Notes: generated by a model not told the origin, from the letters alone. DNA of 64,000 bases from Marsupella aquatica (GCA_973895155.1 OZ316899.1:4095241-4159240), one strand, 5' to 3'; numbered from the stretch's first letter, positions 12,958 to 24,400 are shown. Numbers and translations are program-made.

Positions 12958-13646
12958 AATTACGAAGGGTTGGCCAAAGTCACACTGAAAGTGAGTAGCA
13001 TCAACAAATACAATTGGATCCTTTGTGCATCGGAGAGCCTCTATAAGTTGTGGATGTCGGTCTGCAATAGTTGGTTGTCCGGTAGTTTACCTGACAACAA
13101 TGGAGAGATGACTGGGAAGAAGAGGGAAGCAAAGCAGCTTACTGGGACGACATTCAGGGTATTTGAGGGGGCGCAAGAATCTGACATTACCTCTATCTTG
13201 AATAAAGTTCAATCGGGAGAGGTTCTCTTGATGAAGAGAAGACATGCAAGGACATATATACCTTCAAGGTTCGATCTTGCCATGAAAGCCAAGTATACTG
13301 AAAAGTTGAAAGGTGCAATCTTGTGGTTCTACCGCAAGACCTATGAAAGTGTTTTCAATGTTGGGCCGTTTGGTCGGACGTGGTCCGCGAGTTTAATTTC
13401 ACGAATGAAGAATTGGATCGATGTTGCTCAATGGTCGACAATGCTTATTTCAAGAGTTTAGTCAATGTCTCTGCAAAATCCGATATGCCGGAACCTTTGA
13501 AGAATAGGTTACAGAATATTTACCAAAAGAAATTTGGGGGAACTGTCCGCGAGAGAATGGATCCATATCGAATATTTTACTCTGGGAATCTTCTTGCTTC
13601 CGCGGAGCCTCCTTTTGATTCAACGAGTTGTAGGGAGAGGATTAAT

Positions 13647-14310
13647 ATGTCACTTGCTATTGTCGATATGACACACTCAATTCAAAATACTTGGACACAA
13701 TCGGAGCTGCTGAATTTCTTGAAGATTGTCGTGAATGTCCCCGCCAACGACTTGGTGACTGTCGTGTTTTTTGTGCACCCAGGTCTCTTGCTGGCCAGAA
13801 TTATTGAAGCTATCACTGATCTACCTTCCAGTTATAATGCTCATCTGGAGTATGGAAGCTATTGGAAGAGTGCGAAAGAAGTCCGCTCATCGTATTTCAT
13901 GCCGGGTATTATTGAGTCCATTGTTTTTCTTGGAGTTTCCCAGGAACGAGAACCGGATTGGGAAAAATATTTCAGAGGGTTTCAAGGTCATTTCTTGGCG
14001 GAATCCATGGATCAACTTGAACTATCAAGACCAGCCAAAGAAGATTATGCTGGCCTTTCCAAGGAAGAGGTTGCAGCAAAGCGAAAATCCGTTCTTGGAG
14101 ATCGCTTGTATAGACTCATTCCTTTTCGGACCCCCGGTGGCAGAACATTTACATCAAACATTAAGCCCAGCAGAATTATCAAGGCAATCATTCTTTGATT
14201 TTCCAAGAAGGAGGAAATTGTGTTGGACTTTTTTACTGGTGGGCAAGTTTTAAAGAATGCCCTTCTTCTGGAAAGGGAATGTTTCTCTTTTTGTTCGGAA
14301 AGGGGGGATG
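13647..14310 (+). other. Beta-class amino-methyltransferase-like domain (element 1)
   Basis: KPSRIIKAIIL*FSKKEEIVLDFFTGGQVLKNALLLERECFSF matches N6_N4_Mtase motifs X and I. The predicted motif IV position reads SLAIVDMTH instead of DPPY/SPPY. Confidence 0.65.
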
Positions 14311-14989
14311 TGATGGACCTCACGGCTTATGCGGAGAATCTCAAGTCGTTGGAGGGTGTCACACAATTCGCGAAAATCCTTATGGAAACTTCCAGGAGGG
14401 GAGGGCAGCTCAACACAAAACTTGAAGGGAGTGGCACAAAGGAAGGGAGGCACTATCATGTCACTGGAACTGTCTCCCATCAAGACGATAACAGATTTTC
14501 TGATCCTTGTGTTGGAATGATTAATGATGGGGAACAGATTCGCCGTCCATGGGAATTTGGTGAGGCGCAAAGACCGATCCACCACTTAGTGAGTTCCGAA
14601 GGACCTCTTGTGGAGGAAGAACACAATGACGGTGGGATACCTCTATCTCTATGCGAGCCTCGTGTGGGGTCGTTTGGCGAGGTGGACTCAATTGTAAATG
14701 ATATTGCACCGGTTGTGTCTGAGGATCCTTCCAATTACCTTCGGGTTGTCACTGGAGTTCAAGAGGCCGTTAACATCGTCAATCCATCCCCTCCCCACAC
14801 TTGGGCAGAAAATCAGGGTCCATGCGAGGTCGAGCCCGTCATCGGACATGTCGATAATGTTGCCATGGAACTTGCAGTGGAGCCTGCGAATGAGGCAGGT
14901 GCCAATCCACTCTTTCCCACTTCTCTCAACCTGAACGATGATGTGGCGATAGACTTTTGCCTCAACCCTCACTTTGATCAAGATTTAGT

Positions 14990-15611
14990 TTTGTCGACAA
15001 TTAGTGGATGCGTAATAACTCATCGCGAGATGGCATGTCTAGGTCCCGAGCGATGGATAACTTCTGAAATTTTGAATGCTTATTTTGGTCTGATTGCTTC
15101 GAGAGCAGAATCTGCGGGTACCGACCTTCCGTAGGTTCATATTTTTGATACTTGGTTCTATTCAGAACTTGCTCGAGGTGGATATAAGTATGACGATGTT
15201 CAAACTTAGACCTCAAAGTTGGAGTACTTTTTAACTGATGTAGAGATGGTCATGGTCCCTATTCATGAGGGACATAACCATTGGGCACTGGTCGTCATCG
15301 ACATGGGTCTTAGGAAACTGGACTATTTGGATTCTTTGCACGGAGATAACCTTGAAGTTCTTGAGAACCTAGCAAGATATCTAGATGATGAAGCCATGTT
15401 CAGAACTCATAAGGAACTGAATGCTTTGTCATGGCCGAGAAACTATTGTAAAGACATCCCTCTTCAAACCGATGACTACAACTGCGGAGTGTTTGTCATG
15501 AAATTTGCCGATTACCGGAGTAGGGAGAAGCCTATTGATTTCAAAGCCGAGGACATGGATGCTGAAAGGAGGAAAATTGTTCTAAGCCTTTATCGTCACC
15601 ATTTGAGTTAG
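14990..15611 (+). pseudogene. Ulp1/SENP-like C48 cysteine protease domain
   Basis: WITSEILNAYF, VPIHEGHNHWALVVID, YLDSL and QTDDYNCGVF give an intact His-Asp-Cys triad and oxyanion Gln; two in-frame TAGs upstream. Confidence 0.92.
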
Positions 15612-15807
15612 ATCTACGCGATTCTCGTGTGGAATAGGTTATCGTCAGATTTCCATACGCTGCAATGCATCGTAATTGATGTTACGCTCTTGCATTGACT
15701 TTATGATATTGATGTTCATTTATTGTTTCGTCACTCTGCAGATATTGTAACATACGATATGGCAACTATTATACAAAACACCATTCCTCGTAAACTGCTC
15801 GTACTTG

Positions 15808-18029
15808 TGTCACGCGATTGACATGGGTCTTAACACCAAAGACGTCACTATGGGTGCCAAAACCATCTCCTTGTACCTGAGGATCACGAAGGGATGTTGT
15901 GAAGGCCGGTAAACACCAATTTATGCCCTTAACACCAGACTATCATAGCAAAGCTCTATCACACATCACCCAAGCTCAATCCCAAGGAACCAAGGTTGGG
16001 GATCAGATCTGCGCTCATGATAGTTCTGGTGAGAAGGGGTCTTCATATCGGGCCCGTACACACAGGGCCTAGCGCTACGGTGCGCATAGGTCTATACGTA
16101 TGCTTACTGTCATAGGTATGTTTCTATTCCGCCGCCGGAATGTACCCATAAACCAGTGACTCCTGACTGATTCCCAGCTTAGGGACTTCTAAGCCATTGC
16201 CCCACCACTCTGCCATTCCACTCTCAGCAATCAGAGCTGTGACAGCCCTCACCCAACCCACTTCAATGCACCCGGTACACCTCTCAGTGGCGCTGCTAGT
16301 CTCATCATACACTCAGATTGCCTCACACACACACACATCCATGAGAGAAATGAGGCCTGAAAGGAAAACTCAATTGGATTCAAAGATGTGCACAATAGTT
16401 CACTGAGAACACTTGATCCGAACACTAGGCCCGAAGGCTGTCTCCTCCAGATTGCGACGTGCTTGCCCTGCAAGCCCCGTGCTTGCCATGCAAGCTCAAT
16501 CCTGAACTCAACCTCCTTCACTGCACTTCATTCTTGGGGGCACATACAGATCTCACACCTCCAATTCAGAACGTCAAGTTACGCATGCATAGTTGACTCG
16601 ACTTCAAAGCTGGTACCAGGCCTAACGGCGATCTACCCCAGACTGCAATGAGGCCCGGCCTCACGCTTGCCCTGCAAGCTCAGCTCTGGCCATAGATCCC
16701 TTAGTGCTCTCCACCAGACAAAGGCCGGGACTCCCCATGGGTCACGTAGCCTTGCCAGACTGAACTGTAAATGCTCCTCCTGCTGCCCCTTACTCAGTAC
16801 CTCAGCCTCCCTAATGTGCCCACCGCAAATCGAATTGAAATCCTCCCCACAGTTTATAATCACCAATACATCACCTATCACCAAGGCTCTGTATCGGGGG
16901 AAAAGAACCCAGTTGTGCTGCCCACTAGAAAGAGCCACAATCCAGCTCGCAAACCTAGCAACCCGTTGTTGTGAAGCTTGGCTGATTACTCCCTGAGTAA
17001 TAGCACAACCAAGCTCTCCCCAACACGCAGCGTCCAAGTCCAGCCTTGCTTGCACAGAGCTCCTCCCCGCTGCTCAGTCTAAGTGAGATCACACAACTGA
17101 AGTCCCCCCCCATCTCTACCGGGGGGGGCTGCTCTATATACTCTCATACTGAGCCCAAATGGCTGGGTACTACGCTGCTGGAGCCCCATCCCAGCCCTAA
17201 CAGAGCCGCCACTATCTCTAACTACTGAACCCTAACTCGCCGCTTTATTTATATCTCGAATTGGCTATGTACTTCGGATTTGGCCCTCCTCCATGGTTTT
17301 CGCGAGCTTACGCCTCCTCTCCCGATTTCTGTATTCAACCATTTGCTGCGTGGATAGCAGCGTTGGAAGCGGCTTGAGCTCCTCTTTCCAATGAGGTCAA
17401 TTATAGCCGATTTGGTCAAATACACAGAGAGTTATGCCCCCGCAACCGAGAGAGGGTACTCACTGCTGCGCTAACCCGAGTTACATAGCTAACCCGAGTT
17501 CGGCTAACCTAGCTATCCTATCTAACCCGAGTAGAGCTAACCCGTGGTCTCGGGTTAGGCCGCTACCCGCTATCCGCTAACCTAGCCTAAGCTGAGCCCG
17601 AACCCGAGCTTACCTATGCTAACCTGAGCCCGAGTTTAGGCTAACCCGAGTTCAATCTAATCCGAACCTAGGTTAAGCCTAAGCTGAAGCTGTGCTGACC
17701 TGAGCTAAGCTGAAGCCGTGCTCACCTGAGCTAAGCTGAAGCCGTGCTTACCTGAGCTAAGCTGAAGCCGTGCTCACATAAGCTAAGCCGTGGTCGAGCT
17801 TGGGTTAACCCGAAACTGAAGCCGAATCCGCTAATTCCGGCCATAAGTTAACCCGTCACACTAATCAGGCCGTATCTCTCTTAATACACCTCCGTTTCCC
17901 GAGTGTTTTATATCGATTTTACTCGCCTTGACCAGATCTTTCCAATGCTCTTTACAGATCCGGATTTGGTGACATATTGAAAGAAATATGGTCGTCGACC
18001 ACCCGCGACATAGTTTTTATTTCCCTACT
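15808..18029 (+). mobile_element. Solo LTR, family A copy 1 (2.2 kb)
   Basis: Begins TGTCAC and ends ccctact (ccctaaca in copy 2). Flanks cttg/ctta are a possible 4-bp TSD with one mismatch. Homologous over its length to 20612-34371 (minus) and 48871-51010. Confidence 0.85.
17679..17782 (+). repeat. 26-bp minisatellite x4 (ctaagctgaagccgtgctcacctgag) within a ctaacccgag-rich tract
   Basis: Units at 17679, 17705, 17731 and 17757. Confidence 0.9.
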
Positions 18030-18139
18030 CTTAACGCCATGATTGCCCTTATTCTTGCCATCTTGCTAATTGTTATGTAATATCAATAGCTACTCCTTGC
18101 ATACAGCAACCTACTTAATCAGATTACAAAATAAGGACC

Positions 18140-18781
18140 ATGTCATTGGCGTCACAACTTGACATGAATGTCGTCTTACATATTGTGCAAATATCGGGAG
18201 TGCGAGCAAAGTCTCTTAGGGATATAAATACTGAAAACGGGGAGACATTGTTTCTAAAGAATAGAATCATCTATGTAAGACCGGGAATGCGGCGCTTTGT
18301 TGAATGGTGTCTTCAGACATTTGATGTGGGGATATGGGTCTGTGGTGTATATCAGAATGTGCATGAGATTTTGGAGAAAGTGTTTCCCAACGAGAAGCAT
18401 TGATTTGTCTTTGTGAGAACTGAAGCAGAAGCCTTGTCGATTGGGATATTTTATGGGGCTGGAAGAAACAAAGGGAAAATTTGCTTTGTGAAATTACTGA
18501 AAAACATTTGGGATGACCTCGTTTTAAATGGAGATCGGACAAGCGCACCTTATAATGACAGCAACACCATCCTTCTTGATGATTTACCTCATAGAAGTTT
18601 CTTTAACCCCGAATACTCGACGCTGTTTTGTGATTGCTTCAACGACAATAATAATGGTTTCCTTGCAGATACGTTTATAAGCAACAAACTTCAACCAGTG
18701 TTGCAGGAGTTGGCCTTGGCAAGAGATGTGCGTGTGTATTTGTGGCGAAACACTCCAAAATGGTCCAGTCTGAATAGCTGA
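18140..18781 (+). pseudogene. NIF/FCP1-homology (CTD small phosphatase-like, HAD) cargo gene
   Basis: LDMNVVL, VRPGMRRFVEWCLQTFDVGIW, KLLKNIWDDL and YNDSNTILLDDLPHRSFFNP match the NIF domain; one in-frame TGA at 18401; DxDxT not canonical. Confidence 0.75.
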
Positions 18782-19331
18782 AGACCGGAAACAGTATCAA
18801 CAGATATACACTCAACTGCAGGGGTTTGGGGAATCTAATTCACTTTTTGCGTCGTGGCCAGTGCACAAATATGATGTTCTCCAACTGACAACTTCAGAAC
18901 TTACTCCTCGGCACATAGAGATCATATTGTGGATGTCTCGTAAGGAAGACTTCACTGAGCATGAAACTAATCAATGCGCAAAAGGCCTAGGAGCTGCTCA
19001 TGGGCTATTCGCCACAAATTTTAGGGAGTTTGTGAAAGTAGTCAGCGAAGTTCACAGACAAACGTCAAAATTCTGTAGAATAAACATAGGAGTAAAGAGT
19101 AGGCAGGACTTAGTACTTCAGATTATGGATAGAATTTAGTGAATATGTTTCATAGAGATTAGAATTATCCCCATTTGGAGGGAGGGGTAAAGGGCAATGC
19201 GCAACCCTGGAATCATTCCTTTCGGTTTGGCCCAATAGCAGAGGAGAGGAGAAGAGGAGTCATTTTGGCTTGAAGGCGTACACAATTGGACTATGGCGGA
19301 ACGCAGAGGGGAGAGGGGAGGCTTTGGCAGC

Positions 19332-19438
19332 GGTTTTGGAAGATGGACAGAGTTTAGGAAGGAGGAGAAATGGGTGTCTGTGATGAGGTTTTGGAAGATG
19401 GACAGAGTTTAGGAAGGAGGAGAAATAGGTGTCTGTGA
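19332..19438 (+). repeat. 52-bp direct duplication (period 55)
   Basis: ggttttggaagatggacagagtttaggaagg..gtctgtga at 19332 and 19387. Confidence 0.85.
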
Positions 19439-19803
19439 CAAAGCTATCCTTCATTTGTTAGTTCATAGATATTCTTGATATGATTAGTGTAGCTGTCTAG
19501 TCAAATATGTGTAGTTGTCTAGTCAACTTTGTAGTCACTTTAGCGGAAGACGATGTTGTAGTTAGCAAAAAACCCAACAATGAAGTCCCATGAAGGGATA
19601 TCAAAATATATGTACGGCACCACCGTTAGTGCCCCATTTATTATAAAGAGTAATTTCAGTCATTCATTTGGAGTACTTTTTTCATTGCCTTTGAATTTGT
19701 AATTCATCCAATGGACTAGGTTTTGGAAATTTCAGATCACGTTTTTGGATTTTTGAAATGAATGTTTTGGAAATTTCATTCTTCAACTTTGGACAAAAGA
19801 ATC

Positions 19804-19840
19804 TCCAGAGTTAGTGAAATGTCTGATTTAAGCCGTATTA
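19804..19840 (-). repeat. Right TIR of the 17-kb element
   Basis: tccagagttagtgaaatgtctgatttaagccgtatta; inverted copy of 2694-2730. Confidence 0.9.
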
Positions 19841-19870
19841 CTGATTTTATCCATTGTGTTGGCGGCGTCA
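19841..19870 (-). mobile_element. Displaced terminus of family B copy 1
   Basis: Ends ttggcggcgtca, as does copy 2 at 63716. Confidence 0.75.
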
Positions 19871-20970
19871 CACTAGTTTCACAACAAACCCAAACATTTG
19901 TATCTCCCCGTGAGCATCAACCTGGGTGTACGTGAAACAAGATGGCATATTAGGCTAGCGATCTTGCTAGTATTAATGGTGGTACTTAAGATACCTTGAG
20001 TCTGGAAAATTGTAGTAATAATTCAAATAACATAGCTGCATCCATCACCCAACCTTTATTATAGATAGAATGAGGGTAAACATGGTTGCAACAAGGTCTT
20101 TACTGGGAGGGCCCTAGTATGCCAAAAGTATCCACTGTGACCTACAAATCCAAAAAGAATAAATGTGACGCTGATGACATGGTCCTTATTTAGTAATACG
20201 ATGGAATTGGTATGTTGTATGCAATAAGTAATTGTGAGATTCCATAACGGTCAGCAAGATGGCAAGAATAAGGGTAATCATGGCATTTAGAGCAGGACTA
20301 GGGCAGGTGAGCCTGAAGAGTGCAGAGCCAAGGCAGACATAATGGAGACAATCATTGTCAAGGCCACCAACAAGCAGCTAGGGGAAGAGAGGAGTCACCT
20401 CCTCTACCATACTACTGTGTTGGCAAGCAATATGGAGCATGGGGGCTCTCCAAGATACAGGGGCAGATGTGGTAATTTGGGGAAGCAAGTCTCCACGATT
20501 GAGAAAACGACTATGTGGTATGGTGGTTGTTCTCATAATGAAATCTGAATGTCTTTTGTGTGCATCTTCATTCCATGTGTTAGGTTAGTGATCCATAGTC
20601 TAGTCTTAGAATGTTAGGGAAATAAAAAGCTATGTTGAGGGTGGTAGGTGACCATATCTCTTTCAATACATCACCAAATCCGGATCGATAAAGAGCATTG
20701 GAAAGATCTGGTCAAGGCGAGTAAAATTGATATAAAACACTTGGGAAACAAAGGTGTATTAAGAAAGATATGACCTTATTAGTGTGACAGGTTAATGTGT
20801 AACCCGAGGTAGCGGATATGGATAGCGGATAGCGGATAGCGGATACAGATGGAGGTTAGTGGACACGAATAGCGGACACGGGTAGAAGTTAGCGGATACG
20901 GATAGAGGTTAGCGGATATGGATATGGATAGCGGATAGTGGCTAGCGGATTCAGATTTGAGTCAGAATAG

Positions 20971-21263
20971 TGTTAGGAATTGACTCGAGTTCCCGACTTA
21001 GTTAGTTTGGCCTTACTAGGATTAGTTAACCCTAGATTACATTAGGATAAGATCCGCTTATTTTAGGCCCACTCATCTTGGCCCCCTTGGGGGGTATAGG
21101 TTGGAGGGAGAGAACTCTCTCCCTCATTCTTCACATGTACTCTCATTTGCTATGGAGTCTTCAAGAGTTTCTCCACTCGGGGTGTCTCGTCGGTGTAGCG
21201 TCTGATTGAGTGTCTCTCATGTTTCCGCATTGCTGTCTAGTTCGGAGCCGACGGTTTCTTACA
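20971..21263 (+). repeat. Copia 5' LTR
   Basis: tgttaggaattgactc...ggtttcttaca. Confidence 0.95.
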
Positions 21264-21265
21264 AG

Positions 21266-21277
21266 TGGTATCAGAGC
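21266..21277 (+). promoter_or_regulatory. Primer-binding site (tRNA-iMet type)
   Basis: TGGTATCAGAGC immediately after the 5' LTR. Confidence 0.95.
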
Positions 21278-21914
21278 CTCGTGTTTGTGGTTCGGTGGCC
21301 TGGGCAGTGGTGAGAGCGTTTCGTTGTGTTGGATCATGGTGGAAGATTGAATCGTCGTTGATGATTGCGTGATTGTTTCACTGGTCATTTCGCGTTGAAG
21401 GTTTCGTGCTTGAATACGGTGACGGTTTCCCAATTGAAACTTCAGCTTGGAGTGTCGGATGTGTCTCTGTTGTTTGAAGTACTATCAAGAGGACAGTCTA
21501 GCGATCTCTTATGCGCGTCAGCGGGACTACGTTTTGGTGAAGGTTTCAGTGCTTTTCATCATTGGTGTGCCGAGTAATCTTGTATATTGAGGTTGTTGTT
21601 TAGAGCTTTATGCTCTTGGTTATGGCTTATGTAAGGTTTGACTTTCTCTCGTGTGGGGCCAAAGGAGTCTCTTTCTCTTCGTGAAAAGTCATGAATTGTG
21701 GGGCCAATGTTGCATTATTTTTGCAAATTTTTAGTTCATCCTTAAATCGTCGTATCGCAACGTTATACGGCGCTGCGGACGGGCTTGAGTCCAGCCGGTG
21801 TATTATCTTTGGGCACGAGGCCCTATGTTCCCCGTTGGCATTGAGGGAGAGCCCGAGGTCTAAGAAAGTACATCTGTACCTGCAGGTACAGTACTTGAAA
21901 GTACTGTATTGAGT

Positions 21915-22300
21915 GGGGAGGGGGAGTTCGTAGCTCCCTCCTCTCAAGAGCTCTTGAAGAGGGCACGAGGCCCTGTGCAGGTACATTTGTACTTGTTGGT
22001 ACAATTTTATTTTATTTTAAGTGTGGGGAAGGGAAATTCGTATCTCCCTTCTCTCAGGAGCTTTAATGGGGCCCATTGCCCTATGCTGAAAGAGCAAAGG
22101 GGAGGGGAGAGAGCCTCAATTGCTCCCTCCTTTGAGGAGCACTTAATAAACAGGGGCTCAAAGCCCTATGGAAGTGTGCAGGAGCCAGGAGGGGCATTAA
22201 GCTCCCTTTTTTCAGGAGCTAGGAGGGGAGTTAATGGTCCCTCTTTCCAGGAGCTTTGAAGGAGGGCTCGAAGCCCTATGATCAAGCCAGGAGGGCTCGA
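21915..22300 (+). repeat. Degenerate array of GGAGGG..CTCCCT stem-loop units in the Copia leader
   Basis: Five or six related units with gg(a)gggg / ctccct / ggagct / gccct(a/g)tg blocks. Confidence 0.55.
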
Positions 22301-22977
22301 GTGAATTTTGAGGGGTACAAGGGGGGCATTAATGGCCCCTGTACCTGGTGCACAGCAAGACGGAGGGCGAGAGTGGAGGGTCGACGCGCGACCCTATGCG
22401 CGGAGGGGCAAGGCACGATTCTTTTTTAAAAGAAATTTTGAGGTCGGGAGTGACGATTGTTCGTCCTCAGTTCTCATTATTTTTAAGAGTTTTGGTCTTT
22501 GATCTTTCCGCTATTTCTTTTTCCTTCCAAGGCAAACAGGTGTCAGCTCCACGTTCCTTCTGCTGTACATTGCGACTGTACTTTGATTCCCTGGAAAATA
22601 TACTTTTCCAGAGAGCTATTTTTTGGCCAAAAATTCCAATTTTGGCAGTTGTCGAGGAAGAATTTTTCCGTAAGACTTTGCAAGGGGATGCTCAAGGGAG
22701 TTGAGCATGGGTTTGTGAAATTGATTTGCAGTTAACTATTGCGGAATTTTTTCGGGACCTAAGATACCCGACAGGGGTCAAAACCCCCTCCGGATCGGGT
22801 TGAATAAGTTTTTGCAGGAGAAGTATTTTGCCAAATCATTTTCAGATCTTGGCAGTGTACCTTGCAGGCTATGCGGCGGTGCATTCCATTTCCACCTTCA
22901 CCAACTTTCATTTTTTGGTGCCTTTTTGGGTGGAGATATTTTGGTTGTGTATTTCCTGTGTGTTTGTGGCAGCATCA

Positions 22978-23817
22978 ATGACTTCAAGAAATCTTGCGGC
23001 GCCAAAGTTTGAGGTGGAGAAGTTTGACGGGAAGGTCAGCTTCAACCTCTGGACTCGGAAGGTGACAAATGTGTTGATCCAGCAGGGTCTTGAGAAGACC
23101 CTCACTGGAGTGAAACCCTCGAATCTAGGGCCAGAAGAGGAGTCGGTGCAGGCGTGTAGCACAATTGAGTTGTTCTTGGCAAACAACATTCTCAAGAACG
23201 TGTCGGGGATGGATCGGAATGCCAAGAAGATCTGGGATATGCTTACTCAGCTCTACCAGAGTACTTCGTTGACTACTCGCATTTATCACTTGGAGCGGCT
23301 GTTCAGGTTGAAGTTGAAGGATGGTGGCAACATGCGTGATCACCTCAGTCTCTTCGATGAGATTGTGCACGAGGTGACCACGGCGGGAGACAAGTTGACC
23401 GATGAGTATCTTGCGATGCATTTGTTGATGTCACTTCCTCAGACCTATTCGACATTGGTGACGGTCATCACACATGACAAGTCTACGTTGAAGTTGGATG
23501 AGGTGAAGGCTACCGTTCTTGCAGAATGGGGCAAGCAACAACTTTCTGGCCGTGAAAATGAGTCTGCTGCCTTAGTGGTTAGAGGCAGATCGACGGAGCG
23601 TACTACGGATCAGTCTAGATCTAAATCATATAGTAGATCTAAATCTAAGTCCCGTAGTAAGAAAGTTTGGTGTTGGCATTGCCATGAGAAGGGCCACACC
23701 AAGTGGAATTGTCCTTCTCTATCAAAGCAGAAGCGTCCTGCTTCCAATGGTGCGTCCTCATCGTCAGCTGGTATTGTGATTACTGATAATGAGGATGCTG
23801 CTGAAGTGCTATGTATT
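22978..23817 (+). pseudogene. gag: Copia gag (UBN2-type, CCHC knuckle), cut by LINE insertion
   Basis: KFEVEKFDGKVSFNLW, LLMSLPQTY and CWHCHEKGHTKWNC; the frame continues at 29325 once the LINE and one TSD are removed (EVLCI|GVVNS). Confidence 0.93.
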
Positions 23818-24400
23818 TTTAATTTTTTAATTTTTTTATAAATTTTATTCTGCGTGAACCCCACGGATGGGGAAAAACAAGCAGGCCAAAAGGCGGCAAG
23901 CCATCGAGGGTAGAAAAGAGCAAAGACCCCGAAGCAACCATAGAGGGTGTAGTCAGAGCAGGAGGGCTCCCTTCAGAGGGGACATAGTCCAAAGTACAAC
24001 ACGCTGATCAGGCCATAAAAACAGCAATGTGGATCCTAATAGTGTTCACCCTAGTCAGCCACTATTATGAGTACTGTAGAGCCTGGCTAATCGTGGACTT
24101 CAAAGTAATAGCATAATGTTTGCCTGGTTATACCTATGAGAGACAGCCTCAACCAAGATTTAACACAAGTTAGTGTGTAACAGTGCGGTGTACACTACTA
24201 CCAAGGATCCTAAGTTGCTCCGCAGTTAGAAGTGAGATGGCTTGAGTGAGCCGGTGGTGTTTCCTACCCAGGGCAGAAGCCGCAACAACAGCAGTCAAGT
24301 GATCTAAGGTTTCAGAAAAGATCAATATCTGATCAAAAGTTCTCAGCTTAGAACGGTCAAACGTCTAAGAATTTCTTGCCAGCCAAATGCACCACAGAGA

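Larger units (their letters stand above)
10801..15611 (+). pseudogene. Large multidomain cargo gene: Lys-rich N-terminus, ParB/Srx-like domain, beta-class N4/N6 methyltransferase-like domain, Ulp1 (C48) protease
   Basis: 11073-12821 is one frame (TAG at 11313). A phase-0 intron at 12822-12957 joins it to the 12925 frame, with a frameshift near 13347. 13380-15611 is then one frame with three in-frame stops (14196, 15132, 15207). Confidence 0.8.
3833..15632. repeat. Dispersed 19-bp palindrome CYACRCGA-N3-TCGTGTAG, about 16 copies
   Basis: Copies start at 3833, 4020, 4836, 4905, 6240, 8265, 8358, 8427, 9689, 9763, 9834 (perfect arms ctacacga-gac-tcgtgtag), 9952, 10045, 12858, 14649 and 15614. 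None noticed outside this element. Confidence 0.9.
2694..19840. mobile_element. 17.1-kb TIR DNA transposon with Sola-like transposase and multiple cargo genes (about 14.9 kb without the solo LTR)
   Basis: 37-bp terminal inverted repeats with 34/37 identity. The flanks rejoin into a family B terminus (right flank ccattgtgttggcggcgtca resembles ccatcatgttggcggcgtca at 63697-63716). Internal DDD/E transposase. TSD unclear (possibly TA). Confidence 0.85.

Noticed and set aside
10671-14734. Minus-strand ORFs opposite the ParB-MTase-Ulp1 gene (e.g. 11372-11688, 14045-14734)
   Set aside because: Shadow frames of a low-complexity coding strand with no recognisable motifs.
3833-15632. Dispersed palindromes plus ParB/MTase as bacterial contamination (parABS or restriction-modification)
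   Set aside because: The genes have spliceosomal introns, a eukaryotic Ulp1 domain and TIR boundaries nested among plant retroelements; no ParA, endonuclease or operon structure.
17679-17782. 26-bp repeats as a CRISPR array
   Set aside because: Head-to-tail with no spacers, inside an LTR, and no cas genes.
14990-18781. Ulp1 and NIF domains as functional host genes
   Set aside because: Both lie inside the TIRs, carry in-frame stops and lack host-like context.
23818-23841. Hydrophobic C-terminus of gag (IFNFLIFL)
   Set aside because: It is the reverse complement of the LINE A-rich tail.
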